In this document: piece by piece, positions 24,203 through 34,780 of the stretch | How positions within the stretch are numbered: the first letter of the stretch is position 1 | Layout: each line of letters starts with the position of its first letter | Position numbers and translations under genes: made by a program | IMG/VR virus record: IMGVR_UViG_3300029893_000001 | Span: 124,001 to 188,000 of that record | Reading direction: 5' to 3' (one strand) | DNA length: 64,000 bases | The notes under the pieces: model-generated | Told to the model about the DNA's origin: nothing | Seen by the model: only the letters and a program-made list of their open reading frames with translations | Database searches by the model: none

Positions 24203-24784
24203 TTATTGTCCGTCAAAAGGCAAGGTCAACTCGTAAAACCTACGTAGAAATCTATACCTCGCCACTTCAGGCGTCCACGGCTCAATACCTAGTTCACTAT
24301 TCCAAATGTGGAGGCCCTCAGGAGGCTCGACATTGATCTGCTCAAATTTGGGCTCTCCAAATGGAGCCAGGAGATCACGAGCTTCAGCCTTAAGAACAGC
24401 TAAGTCAGCCCACCTAACAGAAGACGGCAGCTCGAATTCCAGTTCAAACTTATCGCATATGGTACGCCATACCTCTTCCTCCAGGCTCTCAAAATCCCGA
24501 AGGTACTTTTTGATTGGCGTAATGACATCCCCTACGTATGCTTCAGTGGCATCGTGCATTAGGGCAGCGAACGCAAACTCCTCAGGAACTACCTCAGAAC
24601 AGTGTACCGAGTGCTCTGCCACAGAGTAGAACTTGTGGCAGTGTCCGCTAAACCGACACAGGTTAGACAGAGACAATGCGATATCTTCGATATGAATGTC
24701 CTCAACGCGTGGAGCAAATGGTCGAAACCTTCGTCCGCTTGCCAGCGTAAACCAACTTTCAGCGCGAGTGTCGAGGATACTCAT
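24203..24784 (-). CDS. HD-domain phosphohydrolase (YfdR/5'-deoxynucleotidase-like)
   Basis: IEDIA..LS..CRF.GH, YSVAEHS, LMHDATEAY.GD. Confidence 0.9.
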   Translation of the reverse strand: MSILDTRAESWFTLASGRRFRPFAPRVEDIHIEDIALSLSNLCRFSGHCHKFYSVAEHSVHCSEVVPEEFAFAALMHDATEAYVGDVITPIKKYLRDFESLEEEVWRTICDKFELEFELPSSVRWADLAVLKAEARDLLAPFGEPKFEQINVEPPEGLHIWNSELGIEPWTPEVARYRFLRRFYELTLPFDGQ

Positions 24785-24799
24785 ACCGACCTTCCTTCT

Positions 24800-26083
24800 T
24801 CATTCCAACTCTTCAGGCCATTTTGCGTAGTCAAACACAAAAGCCATCGGCTTGTACTTCAACACAGTCTGAAGTTGTGGAAGGGACGCATCGAACTTCG
24901 CTGCTGCTTCAGCAGGTGTTACTCCGACATAGTAGGAGTAGTAACAAAACGCCTTCCAAATAGCCTGACTCGTTGGGTCTTCTCGGATGAAGCGGCTTAC
25001 AGCCACCACATCCTTCTTCACTGCTCCTTGGTTTACAGACTGACGGCGTGCCCCACCAAAAACCTTACCATCTACCAAGCCACACAGGTACGCACACGCA
25101 ATTCGAGAAAAGTCGGTTGAGCCTGTGCTCTTATCAATCTTGGATAAGACACCGTCTAGGTCGAATCCCGAATCGTCTAGCTTAGCCATTTCTTTCTCCA
25201 ACTCTTCTCCCGCAATCCCAGAGATAGTCATCGAACTACCCTGAGGAACCATCTTCTTGAGCCTGCGGACTTTACGCTTCTTTTTGAAGACCAGTGGCTT
25301 CTCTCGTGGGTCCCTAACATACTTTAGTCCCTTTTTGGCTCCAATGTGCGAGACAAGGAACCCTAGGTCTTGTTCGTCCGCTTCAAACTGGGCGGCGGCG
25401 TCTTTCAGGGGAACGCCCCCTTCAGCGTGCTCAAAGTACGCTCTCCACAGCATTTCTGCGGAAGGTGAGGTCTCGATGAATTTCTCCAACTCCGCCATTC
25501 GCTCGACGCTAATTCCAGCGTTGAGTGCGGGCTTTTGCACCCTAGAGACCCACGAACGTTTTTGTAACGCCCCTACTGCGTACAGACAGATGTTGGAAAC
25601 AAAATCCTCGTCAGAGAGATCTCTATCAGCCACAACCGTCTGAACTAACTCCCTTAGCGTCACGTCATCCCTAAGAGATGCCATCGCTTCAAGCGCCTGT
25701 GGAGTGAAGGAAAACGAGCCCCTCTTAAGGAGAGCGGCATTCAACGTTTCCGGGCGAATCATCACCTTTCGAAAGCCAGCATACTTAGGGTCCGGTTCGG
25801 CATCCAATAGATTGACCCCGTTGATTTCGGATAGAACCCGAGGATCTTCAGAGAGAATAAATGAATGCACTCCCTCTACATCCGAGATTCGCATCAAGTC
25901 TGCAGCCGAGTCTACGAGTACAACAGGCAGACGCTCGTCTGCCTCCTGCAGAAAGGCATGAAGTTCAGATGGCTTGTTTTGGTAGAAATGCACTCTAAAT
26001 CTAGTGCGATCGATTACCATCACAGCGATAGGAGGCGAAGTAAACGCCAAGCCAACGAGATTAGTCATATTTCTATCAACCAT
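24800..26083 (-). CDS. hypothetical protein with a duplicated ~100-aa helical/HTH-like domain
   Basis: Two LW(R/K)A...G....AAA.F.A repeats. Confidence 0.7.
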   Translation of the reverse strand: MVDRNMTNLVGLAFTSPPIAVMVIDRTRFRVHFYQNKPSELHAFLQEADERLPVVLVDSAADLMRISDVEGVHSFILSEDPRVLSEINGVNLLDAEPDPKYAGFRKVMIRPETLNAALLKRGSFSFTPQALEAMASLRDDVTLRELVQTVVADRDLSDEDFVSNICLYAVGALQKRSWVSRVQKPALNAGISVERMAELEKFIETSPSAEMLWRAYFEHAEGGVPLKDAAAQFEADEQDLGFLVSHIGAKKGLKYVRDPREKPLVFKKKRKVRRLKKMVPQGSSMTISGIAGEELEKEMAKLDDSGFDLDGVLSKIDKSTGSTDFSRIACAYLCGLVDGKVFGGARRQSVNQGAVKKDVVAVSRFIREDPTSQAIWKAFCYYSYYVGVTPAEAAAKFDASLPQLQTVLKYKPMAFVFDYAKWPEELE

Positions 26084-28358
26084 CGAGGTAAAGGCGGCTC
26101 GTATGATTTAGCATCCGCACAGTCCAAACTTGATCGTACTTCTTGGGCGCGTTCATGTCCTGGTCGTGAGAGGTGACCAAGATCGTCCCCATGTCAAAGT
26201 CCCGCAATAGTTCAAAACAAGCCTCGCGGCCTTTCCGATCCAAGTCTCTGAAAGGCTCATCGCAGATCAAAAGATTTGTCGTGTTGCGACCCATCTTAGC
26301 AAACGAAAAAACGATGGCGATTCCTACTCTCTTGGCCTGCCCGCCGCTAATCAACGTTAGCGGTATCGACTTCCCACCCTTGTTGAACATCAAGTCAAAG
26401 CCATCCAAATCATCGGTCGCTGAGAGCTTAATCGACCCATCTGGGAATAATTGATCGAGGTACAGAGGCAATACATTACTCAAGAGCTGCGTGGATTCTC
26501 TGAGAGACATCTTCTTCAGCTCTTCCAAAGTTACTGTCAGATAGCGAAGGACGCGATGCCGCTGCTTCTCCAAAGAAGTCGAGTTGAGTGTTGCAGAAAG
26601 GTCAGATTTCTGCTTCTTCAAGGCTCGAAATCGCGTAAGCTTTTCTTGCGCAGAGAGAAGCTTTTGGTTTAGTTCTTCGAGCTGAGTTGAAAACAGAGTG
26701 ACGCTTCCTTGTACACGCTGTAACGCGTGTGGGTCAAACTGAAGGTCGCCGTGCTGCAGCATCCATTGATAAGCCTCCTCTAGAATTTCGAGCTTGGACT
26801 CTTGGCGTTCCAACAACTCCTCAAGGTCTTCTGCCAAACCTGGAGGCTCCGGAATCTCCGCTAACTGCTCACGAATCGCCTGAACACGTCCTACCTGTGC
26901 GCTCAACTTCTGCACCCGAAGCTGCTCTCGGCGCACTGAGTCAATATTTTCCTGGAGTTCTGTGGGAGATCCCTCCGGGAGGAGTTCCATTTGAGACAGG
27001 ATATCCGTGCGCTTCTGCAAAATCTGCAAGCGTTGAGAATAATGGTCTAGAGCCTCCTGAGCCTTCTCTAGCATGCCTCGGAGACGTTCCATCGCCTCCT
27101 CACGTTCAGAGAGCATCTCTTCTTTCTCATGAGAAGCGATGGGTCGAAGGCAGGTATAACAGACGTCTCCTACACTTCTGAGCTTTTTGACCTCCGACCT
27201 GACGGCCGAAAGACGATTTCGGACTTCATCTAGTTTTCCTTTCCACTTTTCAGTCCGAGCTTCCAGGACTTCTAGGACTTCGTGCTCTTCGTCAAGAGAC
27301 TGCAATTGCTTGGATAGCTTCTCTCTCCGCTCTACTCCAGGCAATTCCCGCTCAAGACGAGAAAGCTTACGAGACAAGGTCTCCAAAAGCGTGTCCAAGT
27401 CCTCTGGCAGCTCTGGAAGCTCGCCCTCGGCAGAAAGTTTGGCTTCTAGACTCGCACGCTTCTGGGCAGCGCTTAGATTCTCTCGAAGAGATGAAACAGT
27501 CTTTCGCTTCTTCCGAAGCGCATCCTTAACCTGATCCAGCTCGAATTCCAATCCAAGCTTTGATTCCAGCATCCTGGCCCATCGCCGTCGCTCCGCATCT
27601 GCTCCTCGGGCCGCCTCCTGCTGAGAAAGCTCCACCTTAAGGTCAACTAGTTTTTGCTGCAAGGCGGATTGACTAGTCGTCAATGAATCGAATTCCGACT
27701 CCAAGGCGGACTCGTCCCCTAACGCCTCCAGATCTTGTTCAACCCCATCCAAAAGGCCTCGAAGCTGAGTTTCATCAGGCAGGGGAATGCCGTTCAGCCG
27801 TTTTGTTGTTTCCTTCACCATCACGTCTAGCGTACCCCACCCAAAACAACGACTTAAGTAGTCTCGTTTTTGTGCCGGAGTACCGTCAATCATCATGTGA
27901 AGGTGGCGCTGACTAAGATAAACTCGGCCTAGATACTCGTTCCAACTCAACCCAACGAGGCGTGACAACTCTTTCCGAACTTCTCGGGGGTCGTCTGGCG
28001 TAATGTTTACTCCTGCCCTAGAAATGGAAAGACCCGTTCCTCGCTTTGAGTGAGCGCGGAATTCATCTGCCTGGTAATCTTCGCCTTCTGAACTAAAGTC
28101 GAGGCGTACCAGGAAATCCTTAGGTCGGTAGACGTTCTGGAGGTCTGCCTTCTTGACCCTTCGATCCGTCTTCGTAATCTTCCCGTACAGCAAATGAGCC
28201 ATGAGTTCGAACAAAGTCGACTTGCCCGCTCCGTTCGAGTCTCCTTCGTCCAGGTTTTCTCCTCGGATAAGGACAAGTCCTTGATCGTCGAGCGGCATAT
28301 CAGCCGCTGCGAAGCTCAAGGCATTTTTCACTCTCAAGCGCTTGAACCTGGTTTTCAT
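26076..28358 (-). CDS. SbcC/Rad50-like ATPase (gp46-like)
   Basis: NGAGKST, coiled coil with CYTC zinc hook, ISGGQ, CDEP, SHD. Confidence 0.93.
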   Translation of the reverse strand: MKTRFKRLRVKNALSFAAADMPLDDQGLVLIRGENLDEGDSNGAGKSTLFELMAHLLYGKITKTDRRVKKADLQNVYRPKDFLVRLDFSSEGEDYQADEFRAHSKRGTGLSISRAGVNITPDDPREVRKELSRLVGLSWNEYLGRVYLSQRHLHMMIDGTPAQKRDYLSRCFGWGTLDVMVKETTKRLNGIPLPDETQLRGLLDGVEQDLEALGDESALESEFDSLTTSQSALQQKLVDLKVELSQQEAARGADAERRRWARMLESKLGLEFELDQVKDALRKKRKTVSSLRENLSAAQKRASLEAKLSAEGELPELPEDLDTLLETLSRKLSRLERELPGVERREKLSKQLQSLDEEHEVLEVLEARTEKWKGKLDEVRNRLSAVRSEVKKLRSVGDVCYTCLRPIASHEKEEMLSEREEAMERLRGMLEKAQEALDHYSQRLQILQKRTDILSQMELLPEGSPTELQENIDSVRREQLRVQKLSAQVGRVQAIREQLAEIPEPPGLAEDLEELLERQESKLEILEEAYQWMLQHGDLQFDPHALQRVQGSVTLFSTQLEELNQKLLSAQEKLTRFRALKKQKSDLSATLNSTSLEKQRHRVLRYLTVTLEELKKMSLRESTQLLSNVLPLYLDQLFPDGSIKLSATDDLDGFDLMFNKGGKSIPLTLISGGQAKRVGIAIVFSFAKMGRNTTNLLICDEPFRDLDRKGREACFELLRDFDMGTILVTSHDQDMNAPKKYDQVWTVRMLNHTSRLYLDG

Positions 28359-28711
28359 CTCAACGTCTTGCGGACTTTTCCATACTTCAATGAAGGGGTA
28401 ATTCTAGTGTCTGTCCTGCAGGAGTAAAAGTCGCAGACAAAAGGCTTGTCTTCGTATGTGGAGCACCCTTTTCCGTGTACGTAATAGACGCAGTACCCGT
28501 CTTCAGGGCGTCGCTTTAGGATTTTCTTCACACCCTCAGCAAACGAATAGTCCTCGTGCTCAAAACGCTCAACTTCATCTGGTCGCAGTTCCACCAAAAG
28601 CTGACAGCACGGAGAGCGACAATAACTGCAATCCGTAGCGGCCTCCTCTTTTGTACGGTACATCGTCTTAGGAGACGCCAGCGTCTGAAGTACTGGGAGA
28701 TGAATCGGCAC
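28355..28711 (-). CDS. YkgJ-family cysteine-cluster protein
   Basis: CSYC..PCC...CVYY....CSTYEDKPFVC. Confidence 0.85.
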   Translation of the reverse strand: MPIHLPVLQTLASPKTMYRTKEEAATDCSYCRSPCCQLLVELRPDEVERFEHEDYSFAEGVKKILKRRPEDGYCVYYVHGKGCSTYEDKPFVCDFYSCRTDTRITPSLKYGKVRKTLR

Positions 28712-28712
28712 G

Positions 28713-29807
28713 TCAGCCCCCTAGAACCTTCACCGATTTCAAGATAGCCAAGTCTAGAGCATCCAACGGATCGGTAGACCGCGTCTTCACTCGTTCCTGG
28801 GCGTCTAGATGGATCTCGAAGATTGAGGTTAAAACGTCGGGAGTGACCTTCTTCTTGAACTGAGTTCCTTTGGCAAAACTAGCAAGGGCACTGTTGTCTA
28901 CCATCTTAGGTTCGATGAAGTAGATCGTCAGCTCCTTCAAGAATTTCAGAATTAGAGACAAGAAGTACTCTGGGTTCTCCACCTTTCGGAGGTAAACCAT
29001 CGGGACTATCGTCCCGTCCAACAGCTTGTGGACGTACTTAGGAACCATTACGTCGGGAGCTGCACCCAAAATGCCCTCGGCAATTTCGGGGAGAGCCTCC
29101 TTAGCTTCCTCCAACGACATGGAAGAGGAAGACGCACCTAATTGCTCCAACATAGTGAGAGCGTCACGGGCATGCCCTCCGGACATTTCTGCAATATAGA
29201 GCAGGACTTCCTTTGGAAAGGAAAGTCCCTCTGCCTTGCAAACCCGATATAGGAGTCGGGCTGTGTCTCTCGGGGGAAGCTCCGCAAGTTTAACCCAGGC
29301 GCTACGACTGCGAATCGTGGGAAGAAGCTTGTATGGCTCAGTGGTGCACAAGATGAACGACGTCTTCTTTGGCGGTTCCTCTAACGCTTTAAGGAAAGCC
29401 TGAGCGGCAGGCCCGGTAAGCTGATGAAGCTCATCGAGAATGAACACACGTGCTTTGTAACGAGCGCTGAGCTTGGATACGTCCAAGAGCGTCCGAACGT
29501 CTTCGATACCACGCGAATCTGCGGCGTTGATTTCCTTGATGTCAGGATGACTGTCTATGCTAAGCTTGCAGCTAGGACATTCGCCACACGGGTCAATGCC
29601 CCCGACAGAGCAGTTCACCGCCCTAGCCAAAATCCGTCCGATGGACGTCTTTCCTGTCCCAAAGGGACCAGAAAGAAGAATTGTGTTCCCCATCACTTTT
29701 CCGTTCTGGAGAAGTCCAGTCAACTGCGAGACAGCCTTGTTCTGCCCGTGAACATCAGCGAGCTTTTGAGGCCTATATCGGTCAACAAAACGTTCAGACG
29801 TAGACAT
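28713..29807 (-). CDS. dnaX: DNA polymerase III gamma/tau clamp-loader subunit
   Basis: YRPQ, GPFGTGKTS, zinc module, DELH, LKALEEPP, TIRSR. Confidence 0.92.
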   Translation of the reverse strand: MSTSERFVDRYRPQKLADVHGQNKAVSQLTGLLQNGKVMGNTILLSGPFGTGKTSIGRILARAVNCSVGGIDPCGECPSCKLSIDSHPDIKEINAADSRGIEDVRTLLDVSKLSARYKARVFILDELHQLTGPAAQAFLKALEEPPKKTSFILCTTEPYKLLPTIRSRSAWVKLAELPPRDTARLLYRVCKAEGLSFPKEVLLYIAEMSGGHARDALTMLEQLGASSSSMSLEEAKEALPEIAEGILGAAPDVMVPKYVHKLLDGTIVPMVYLRKVENPEYFLSLILKFLKELTIYFIEPKMVDNSALASFAKGTQFKKKVTPDVLTSIFEIHLDAQERVKTRSTDPLDALDLAILKSVKVLGG

Positions 29808-29815
29808 GCGTCTCC

Positions 29816-30880
29816 TCAGGCAACCTGATTCTTGTACGACTTGTAGCGCTCTCGAAGATGGTCAGAGACCTGCTTTGTCGAGAGATCTAAGTACTTGCAC
29901 AGCAGCTTTACAAGACGTCTGGGATTCTCAACTAGCGAGTCAGCACTCACACTGTGTTGCTCCGCCAACCAAGCCTCGAACTCATCGTCGGTACCTACTC
30001 CGAACACGAAGTCAACGACGCGCTGGACCTCCGGGCTGGCTCCCTCTCTGAGGGAGTCAAGAAGGCTCTGATTCGCAATGCGATCTTCGGCTTCTGACTT
30101 GACCTTTCCGAGTGATCCCAGGGCAAGCCCTTCCATGCTCAGAGTAGTCACTCTGTAATCGGCGACCGCCTGAGGACACCGCTGCGGCTTCTCAGTGAGG
30201 CAGAATATGCAAGTACCACAACCAACTGTTGCATTCTTCACGCAGGCCCTGGCCTCACTCGTAAAATGTTGGATGAGGTTAATGGCGTGGTTCTGAATCG
30301 ACGCCTTTGCGTAGTTTTCGATCATTTTCAGGTCCTTCGTGTGTTCATACAACCGAACTACCTGAATTCCATGAGCTAACAATTCTGCCCGCAGATCAGC
30401 CAAATCAAACGAATTATCGTTGTCGCTGAGGAACCGCAGCTTAAGATAGCTCACCTTTCCGCAGTACTTGTCCAACTTTCCAACGAGGTCCCTCATTTCC
30501 TCTTTGGAAAGAAAGCCGTACTCGTCTTCTTTTGAAGATGCTTCAATGTGTTGCTTATCACCTTCGCTAAGCGCGGCCCAAACGAGTGTCATACCCTCCA
30601 GATCTGCAGTGAACTTGGTAGCAGATTCCTGGAAATTCGTTCCCGTATTCAACGAATACCGCACTGCGCGCCAAATCTTCCGACACTCAAAAGAAGCCTT
30701 CACGAAGTTTCGAACTTCTTTGTAGAAGAGGTCATACGCAGGCTTGCTAAGGGCCTTAATCCGGTCGCGATACTCCTTATACTCGTTGGCCAGGATAAAG
30801 TGGGAGACAGCACGAAGGGCAATTCGCTTCTCCTCACGGGAAAGGTTCTTGAAGAAAGGTTTCAGGCTCTCGCGAAGCAT
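29816..30880 (-). CDS. hypothetical protein, candidate divergent sigma factor
   Basis: Region 2-like DLRAEL...NYAKASIQNHAINLI; C-terminal HTH-like CKYLDLSTKQV. Confidence 0.45.
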   Translation of the reverse strand: MLRESLKPFFKNLSREEKRIALRAVSHFILANEYKEYRDRIKALSKPAYDLFYKEVRNFVKASFECRKIWRAVRYSLNTGTNFQESATKFTADLEGMTLVWAALSEGDKQHIEASSKEDEYGFLSKEEMRDLVGKLDKYCGKVSYLKLRFLSDNDNSFDLADLRAELLAHGIQVVRLYEHTKDLKMIENYAKASIQNHAINLIQHFTSEARACVKNATVGCGTCIFCLTEKPQRCPQAVADYRVTTLSMEGLALGSLGKVKSEAEDRIANQSLLDSLREGASPEVQRVVDFVFGVGTDDEFEAWLAEQHSVSADSLVENPRRLVKLLCKYLDLSTKQVSDHLRERYKSYKNQVA

Positions 30881-31420
30881 CTAGGACTCCTTCGAAAGAA
30901 GTTGGCTATAGTCTACGACGTAGAGAGGATTTCCATTCTGGTCGGTTCCTCGTTTCGAACAAAACGCCGTAGGAACCGAAGACAAGAAAAGACTGCCCGT
31001 CAGCCCAACTGCAGAAAAATCTGCAACTGTAGGCGCAGCAATCACATGGGTAAAGCGATAGGACGAGGGCAGCGCCAGAGACGCTGAAGAAAATATGAAG
31101 TGCAAGCCTTGTTTCGAGTAGCTTGACTTCAGCGCAGGCAGCATCAACCTCGCTGATTCAACGGGCCAAGCTCCAAGAGTCCTAACTCGGTCTCTATAGA
31201 ATTCGACAGCGAGTCGAGGCCCCTCGCCTTTCTTGGCTGAGAGTACCAGGACAACGTGAACTTGCGTAAAAGGAGCGTAAGGTAGGGGCTGCCATGCAAC
31301 AATCGCCGACCCGATATTTTGCTGCAGGTCAGTTTCAGAAATAGCCAGAAACAGCCCCTGACCGCGATTCGCGCGGCGAGCGCTATTCAGCGCCTTCAAG
31401 TCTGGACTGGACAGTAACAA
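30881..31420 (-). CDS. hypothetical protein
   Basis: Abutting ORF. Confidence 0.6.
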   Translation of the reverse strand: MLLSSPDLKALNSARRANRGQGLFLAISETDLQQNIGSAIVAWQPLPYAPFTQVHVVLVLSAKKGEGPRLAVEFYRDRVRTLGAWPVESARLMLPALKSSYSKQGLHFIFSSASLALPSSYRFTHVIAAPTVADFSAVGLTGSLFLSSVPTAFCSKRGTDQNGNPLYVVDYSQLLSKES

Positions 31421-31426
31421 GGTGAC

Positions 31427-32701
31427 TTAAACGTCGAGTATCTCGTCGACTTCAAAATGAGCCGATAGGGGCTCGCTTGTCAGTAAGCATTGCAAGTACG
31501 TCTTCAGTTCCACACGGTCCCAGGTTACAGGAACCAATCGAGCGTCACTCTCGTCTGCCGCAAGGGATAGATACTGCACAACTCCCTCCGCAACGAGGGC
31601 TGAATATGTGTCGCTGTCAAGTTTCCCCTCGCTGTGCATTTCGACAAGACGAGAAAGAAAAGAATAGACTTCCGATGCCTCGGTGCATGTCTGGATCCTG
31701 CTCTTTACAGTACCAAGCCAAGCGTGCCTGTCGAGTACTTTTGAGTTCAAGAGAGGCAGAAGTCCGGATGTGGTGACCAGGGGGTCACCCAACCTGAACC
31801 CAGACAGAGTCCGTGTGATGTGGCTCTGTACCACAGAATCGCTGATCGTCGATCGGCACATCCCGGACAATTCGGGAAGTAGTGACATCAATAGAGAAGT
31901 CTTCATTTTCTCAGTGAACTTCAGCGAAGGCTCTACTCGACACAACGCTTCGCACGCCAAAAGCAACCGCACCATAGCGCGCCCCTGCCGGGCCGACACA
32001 TGCACAGGAGGATGAGGCTCCGTACGTAGGGTTAGCATGAGGCTACGCACGACGCCACGGACTTTCGCCTGGTCTTCTTCAGAGAACGTATAGCTGCGAG
32101 CCGCGTCGATCGTTTGCCTAAAGCGGAGTAGTGCCTCGGGACAGACCCGCTCGTCTAAACCGTCGGGCAAAGAGAGTACGGTGTCAAGGTCAGGGCCGGA
32201 CAGGCAATCTGGAACTCGAACAATCGAAAATCGAGATGCAACTGCTGGATCTAGATAAACTGTGTCGTACACTCCTCCTGGAGGATTTGCAGACGCAAAG
32301 ACTAACTCCAAAACGAGAGAGCGCCCCATTACCTTCTTCGTACGGACTATTTCCATCGTCTTGGACGCGATGAAAGGATTCACTCGATTGAATTCGTCCA
32401 GAAGAACGCTTTTTGCGCCCCAAATTGAAATCTCAGTATGAGCATAAGTTACCAAACCACCCTCCCGAAGGGAGGCCGGATTCGCATACCCCAAAAGGTC
32501 ATCCTGATGAATAAGTCGTGTGTCATACGACTGAAATCGGGCATCTCTTCCAAGGGTCGCATACGTCAAGATCTCTGCGCCTTCTGTCTTATTGGCGCCG
32601 TGACTTCCGACAAGCATCAAAGGATATCGTGCAACGAGAGCGGAAAGAACAGTTGCTTCGATATCCCTCCAGCCGATGATTCCGATGTTTTCGAGCATCA
32701 A
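31427..32701 (-). CDS. MoxR-type AAA+ ATPase
   Basis: GSHGANKT, LLDEFNR, ASANP, LDPAVASRF. Confidence 0.85.
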   Translation of the reverse strand: MMLENIGIIGWRDIEATVLSALVARYPLMLVGSHGANKTEGAEILTYATLGRDARFQSYDTRLIHQDDLLGYANPASLREGGLVTYAHTEISIWGAKSVLLDEFNRVNPFIASKTMEIVRTKKVMGRSLVLELVFASANPPGGVYDTVYLDPAVASRFSIVRVPDCLSGPDLDTVLSLPDGLDERVCPEALLRFRQTIDAARSYTFSEEDQAKVRGVVRSLMLTLRTEPHPPVHVSARQGRAMVRLLLACEALCRVEPSLKFTEKMKTSLLMSLLPELSGMCRSTISDSVVQSHITRTLSGFRLGDPLVTTSGLLPLLNSKVLDRHAWLGTVKSRIQTCTEASEVYSFLSRLVEMHSEGKLDSDTYSALVAEGVVQYLSLAADESDARLVPVTWDRVELKTYLQCLLTSEPLSAHFEVDEILDV

Positions 32702-34218
32702 TCCCCCAGAGTCGGGATCGTAATTACCTTTGTCGCGAGAGCGTTAAATCCACGCTTGACGCCCTCTTGTGTTTGAATCAAGTACAGATACTGCAACTGC
32801 TTCTTCAGCTTGGAGATGAGTGCTGAACTAAGCGTGTCAGTGTTATCGGTGAGGACAATAGCCTCCTTGCATCCCGAACGCAGCATGTGCTCCCCTACTG
32901 CATGATAATTCGTTCCTCCGGTGCTGAAGATGTAATCCTCATCCGGATTCACAACGACGACCGTATCCGAAAACTGAAGATGCTCGTCGACAAATTCAGC
33001 AAGGTAACGATGGATAAGCAGCATGACATGCATGAAACTCCACATCGAACCAGAAACGTCAACGTACAACTTTAGAGTATGTTTTGTAACCGGTAGGTCC
33101 ACAGTCCAAAGAGTCACGTCATAGCCTGAAGCTACCAAAAACATGTCTCTGCGATGCAAGCCTTGAAACTGTGCGCTCTTGCCTTGATACACCTCGTCGC
33201 CCTGTTTTCTCGCCAGGACATCACCTACCAAATCAGCGACGATGGTATCTTCAATCTCCATCTTCAAGTTCATCTCCGCAAAGAGAGACTGGAATTCCGG
33301 AGGGCATTCGTTGGGGGAAAACGACTGAAGTACCTGCCGAAGCGCTGGTGGTAATTCTTTGGGCGAGCTTACCCTGTGCCCAGGAACGGCCTCTCCGTTG
33401 ACATCACAACGAGAGACGCCAGTACCATAATCTATTTCGATCAAGTCACCTAGAGGTGAGACTTGAGTACGAATTGGACAAGAAGGGGCGTCACGATCGT
33501 CGATGAGATCCCCCAGCAGATCACCAGAAACTATTGAACCTAAAACATCAGCCCGTTCAGTATCCGAAAGCAGCCCTTTTTCCACAAGGATCCCGATTTC
33601 CATCCACTCCGAATACGTGATCTTTTGAGTGAAAAACTCGGCTCCTAGTGCTACTTCGCGAAGTAAGTGCATCCAACGAGGACCCACATAAAACCGTAGC
33701 CATTCATGATTTTCGGCCACCCAACGCGTGAATTGCTGACATAAAAGCGAACGGAAGAACTTGTGCGAGTCACTATACACTCGCTCACACAGGTCAGAAT
33801 TCATCAGGAACAAAATCGTGTTGTTGATGTAGACGTCCTCCCAAAGGTTCGCAAATTTGCGTTCCTTGAACGCAGGCATCTGCGAGCCATACACCAGTGA
33901 AATGAGTACGTGACCTCGCTCGTGAAGAAGTATGAAAAGCAAATCGCCAAAGCTTTCCGCGGCACTCAGAAAAAACTCAGTGCCTATCGTGAGCACGCGA
34001 TTTTCAAGATTTACGTGCGCTGTCTTTTCGGCAGTATCAAATCTAAGACCGCTTACGAAAGACAACGTGTGATGAACGGTCCGTGCGGACGGCAGCCGTA
34101 CAATTTCGGCCCAATAGTCAAGCGCTTCGCTGCAGTACAACGAATCCAACAGCGCCTGTTGGGCTCGTTGGAGGTCGCCAGACCTAAGCGCCTCCCGAAT
34201 CGGTTCTAGAAGAGTCAC
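32698..34218 (-). CDS. HExxH metallopeptidase-like plus C-terminal vWA protein (MoxR partner)
   Basis: LLHERGH, YVDVSGSM, GGTN, VLTD. Confidence 0.8.
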   Translation of the reverse strand: MTLLEPIREALRSGDLQRAQQALLDSLYCSEALDYWAEIVRLPSARTVHHTLSFVSGLRFDTAEKTAHVNLENRVLTIGTEFFLSAAESFGDLLFILLHERGHVLISLVYGSQMPAFKERKFANLWEDVYINNTILFLMNSDLCERVYSDSHKFFRSLLCQQFTRWVAENHEWLRFYVGPRWMHLLREVALGAEFFTQKITYSEWMEIGILVEKGLLSDTERADVLGSIVSGDLLGDLIDDRDAPSCPIRTQVSPLGDLIEIDYGTGVSRCDVNGEAVPGHRVSSPKELPPALRQVLQSFSPNECPPEFQSLFAEMNLKMEIEDTIVADLVGDVLARKQGDEVYQGKSAQFQGLHRRDMFLVASGYDVTLWTVDLPVTKHTLKLYVDVSGSMWSFMHVMLLIHRYLAEFVDEHLQFSDTVVVVNPDEDYIFSTGGTNYHAVGEHMLRSGCKEAIVLTDNTDTLSSALISKLKKQLQYLYLIQTQEGVKRGFNALATKVITIPTLGD

Positions 34219-34780
34219 TTACGTACGCACTATCAGAAGGGTTCGAGAACACCGGGCAAAAAAACAGCGACAGCCCCAAAAGGCGAGAAGGTGAAGTATC
34301 CTGGGTTGTCAGGTCATATATCAGGTCCATGCCCTGCTTGAACCGCGAAAGCTCAGAAGAGTCCACCGAATGCATCGTCCAGTCATCGTAAATAGGAACC
34401 CGACCCGGGCCCAACAAATCGTAGGCGCATCTAAGCGTACGCCCTCCCGGGGTCTGGACTTCTGCCGCGAGTAAAGCAGCGTCACCAGGAGAAGCCACGG
34501 AGTTTACTTCGGACAGCAAAACAGCCCGTCGTGCCTGCAAATGCCTTACCTCGTACTTAACCTGCTCCAGGAAAGCACCAGGTGTGGGGTGCGAAAACCC
34601 AAGAACAAAAGACCCCTCCGTCTCCCCGAAAACAAATGCACACGGAGGTACTGCCGCCTGCTTTTGGTTGTGGTACTGCCAAGCAAATTCACGAAGACGA
34701 GGATCCAGATAATCCAACACGTCGTCTTCGTGAAATTTGTGGATATTGCGGAAGGGGGATTCTACGAGCAGGAAACGCAT
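34184..34780 (-). CDS. hypothetical protein
   Basis: ORF. Confidence 0.6.
   Translation of the reverse strand: MRFLLVESPFRNIHKFHEDDVLDYLDPRLREFAWQYHNQKQAAVPPCAFVFGETEGSFVLGFSHPTPGAFLEQVKYEVRHLQARRAVLLSEVNSVASPGDAALLAAEVQTPGGRTLRCAYDLLGPGRVPIYDDWTMHSVDSSELSRFKQGMDLIYDLTTQDTSPSRLLGLSLFFCPVFSNPSDSAYVSDSSRTDSGGA
34229..34244 (-). promoter_or_regulatory. phage promoter-like motif GAACCCTTCTGATAGT
   Basis: Motif copy 10 nt upstream of GTG 34218. Confidence 0.65.
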
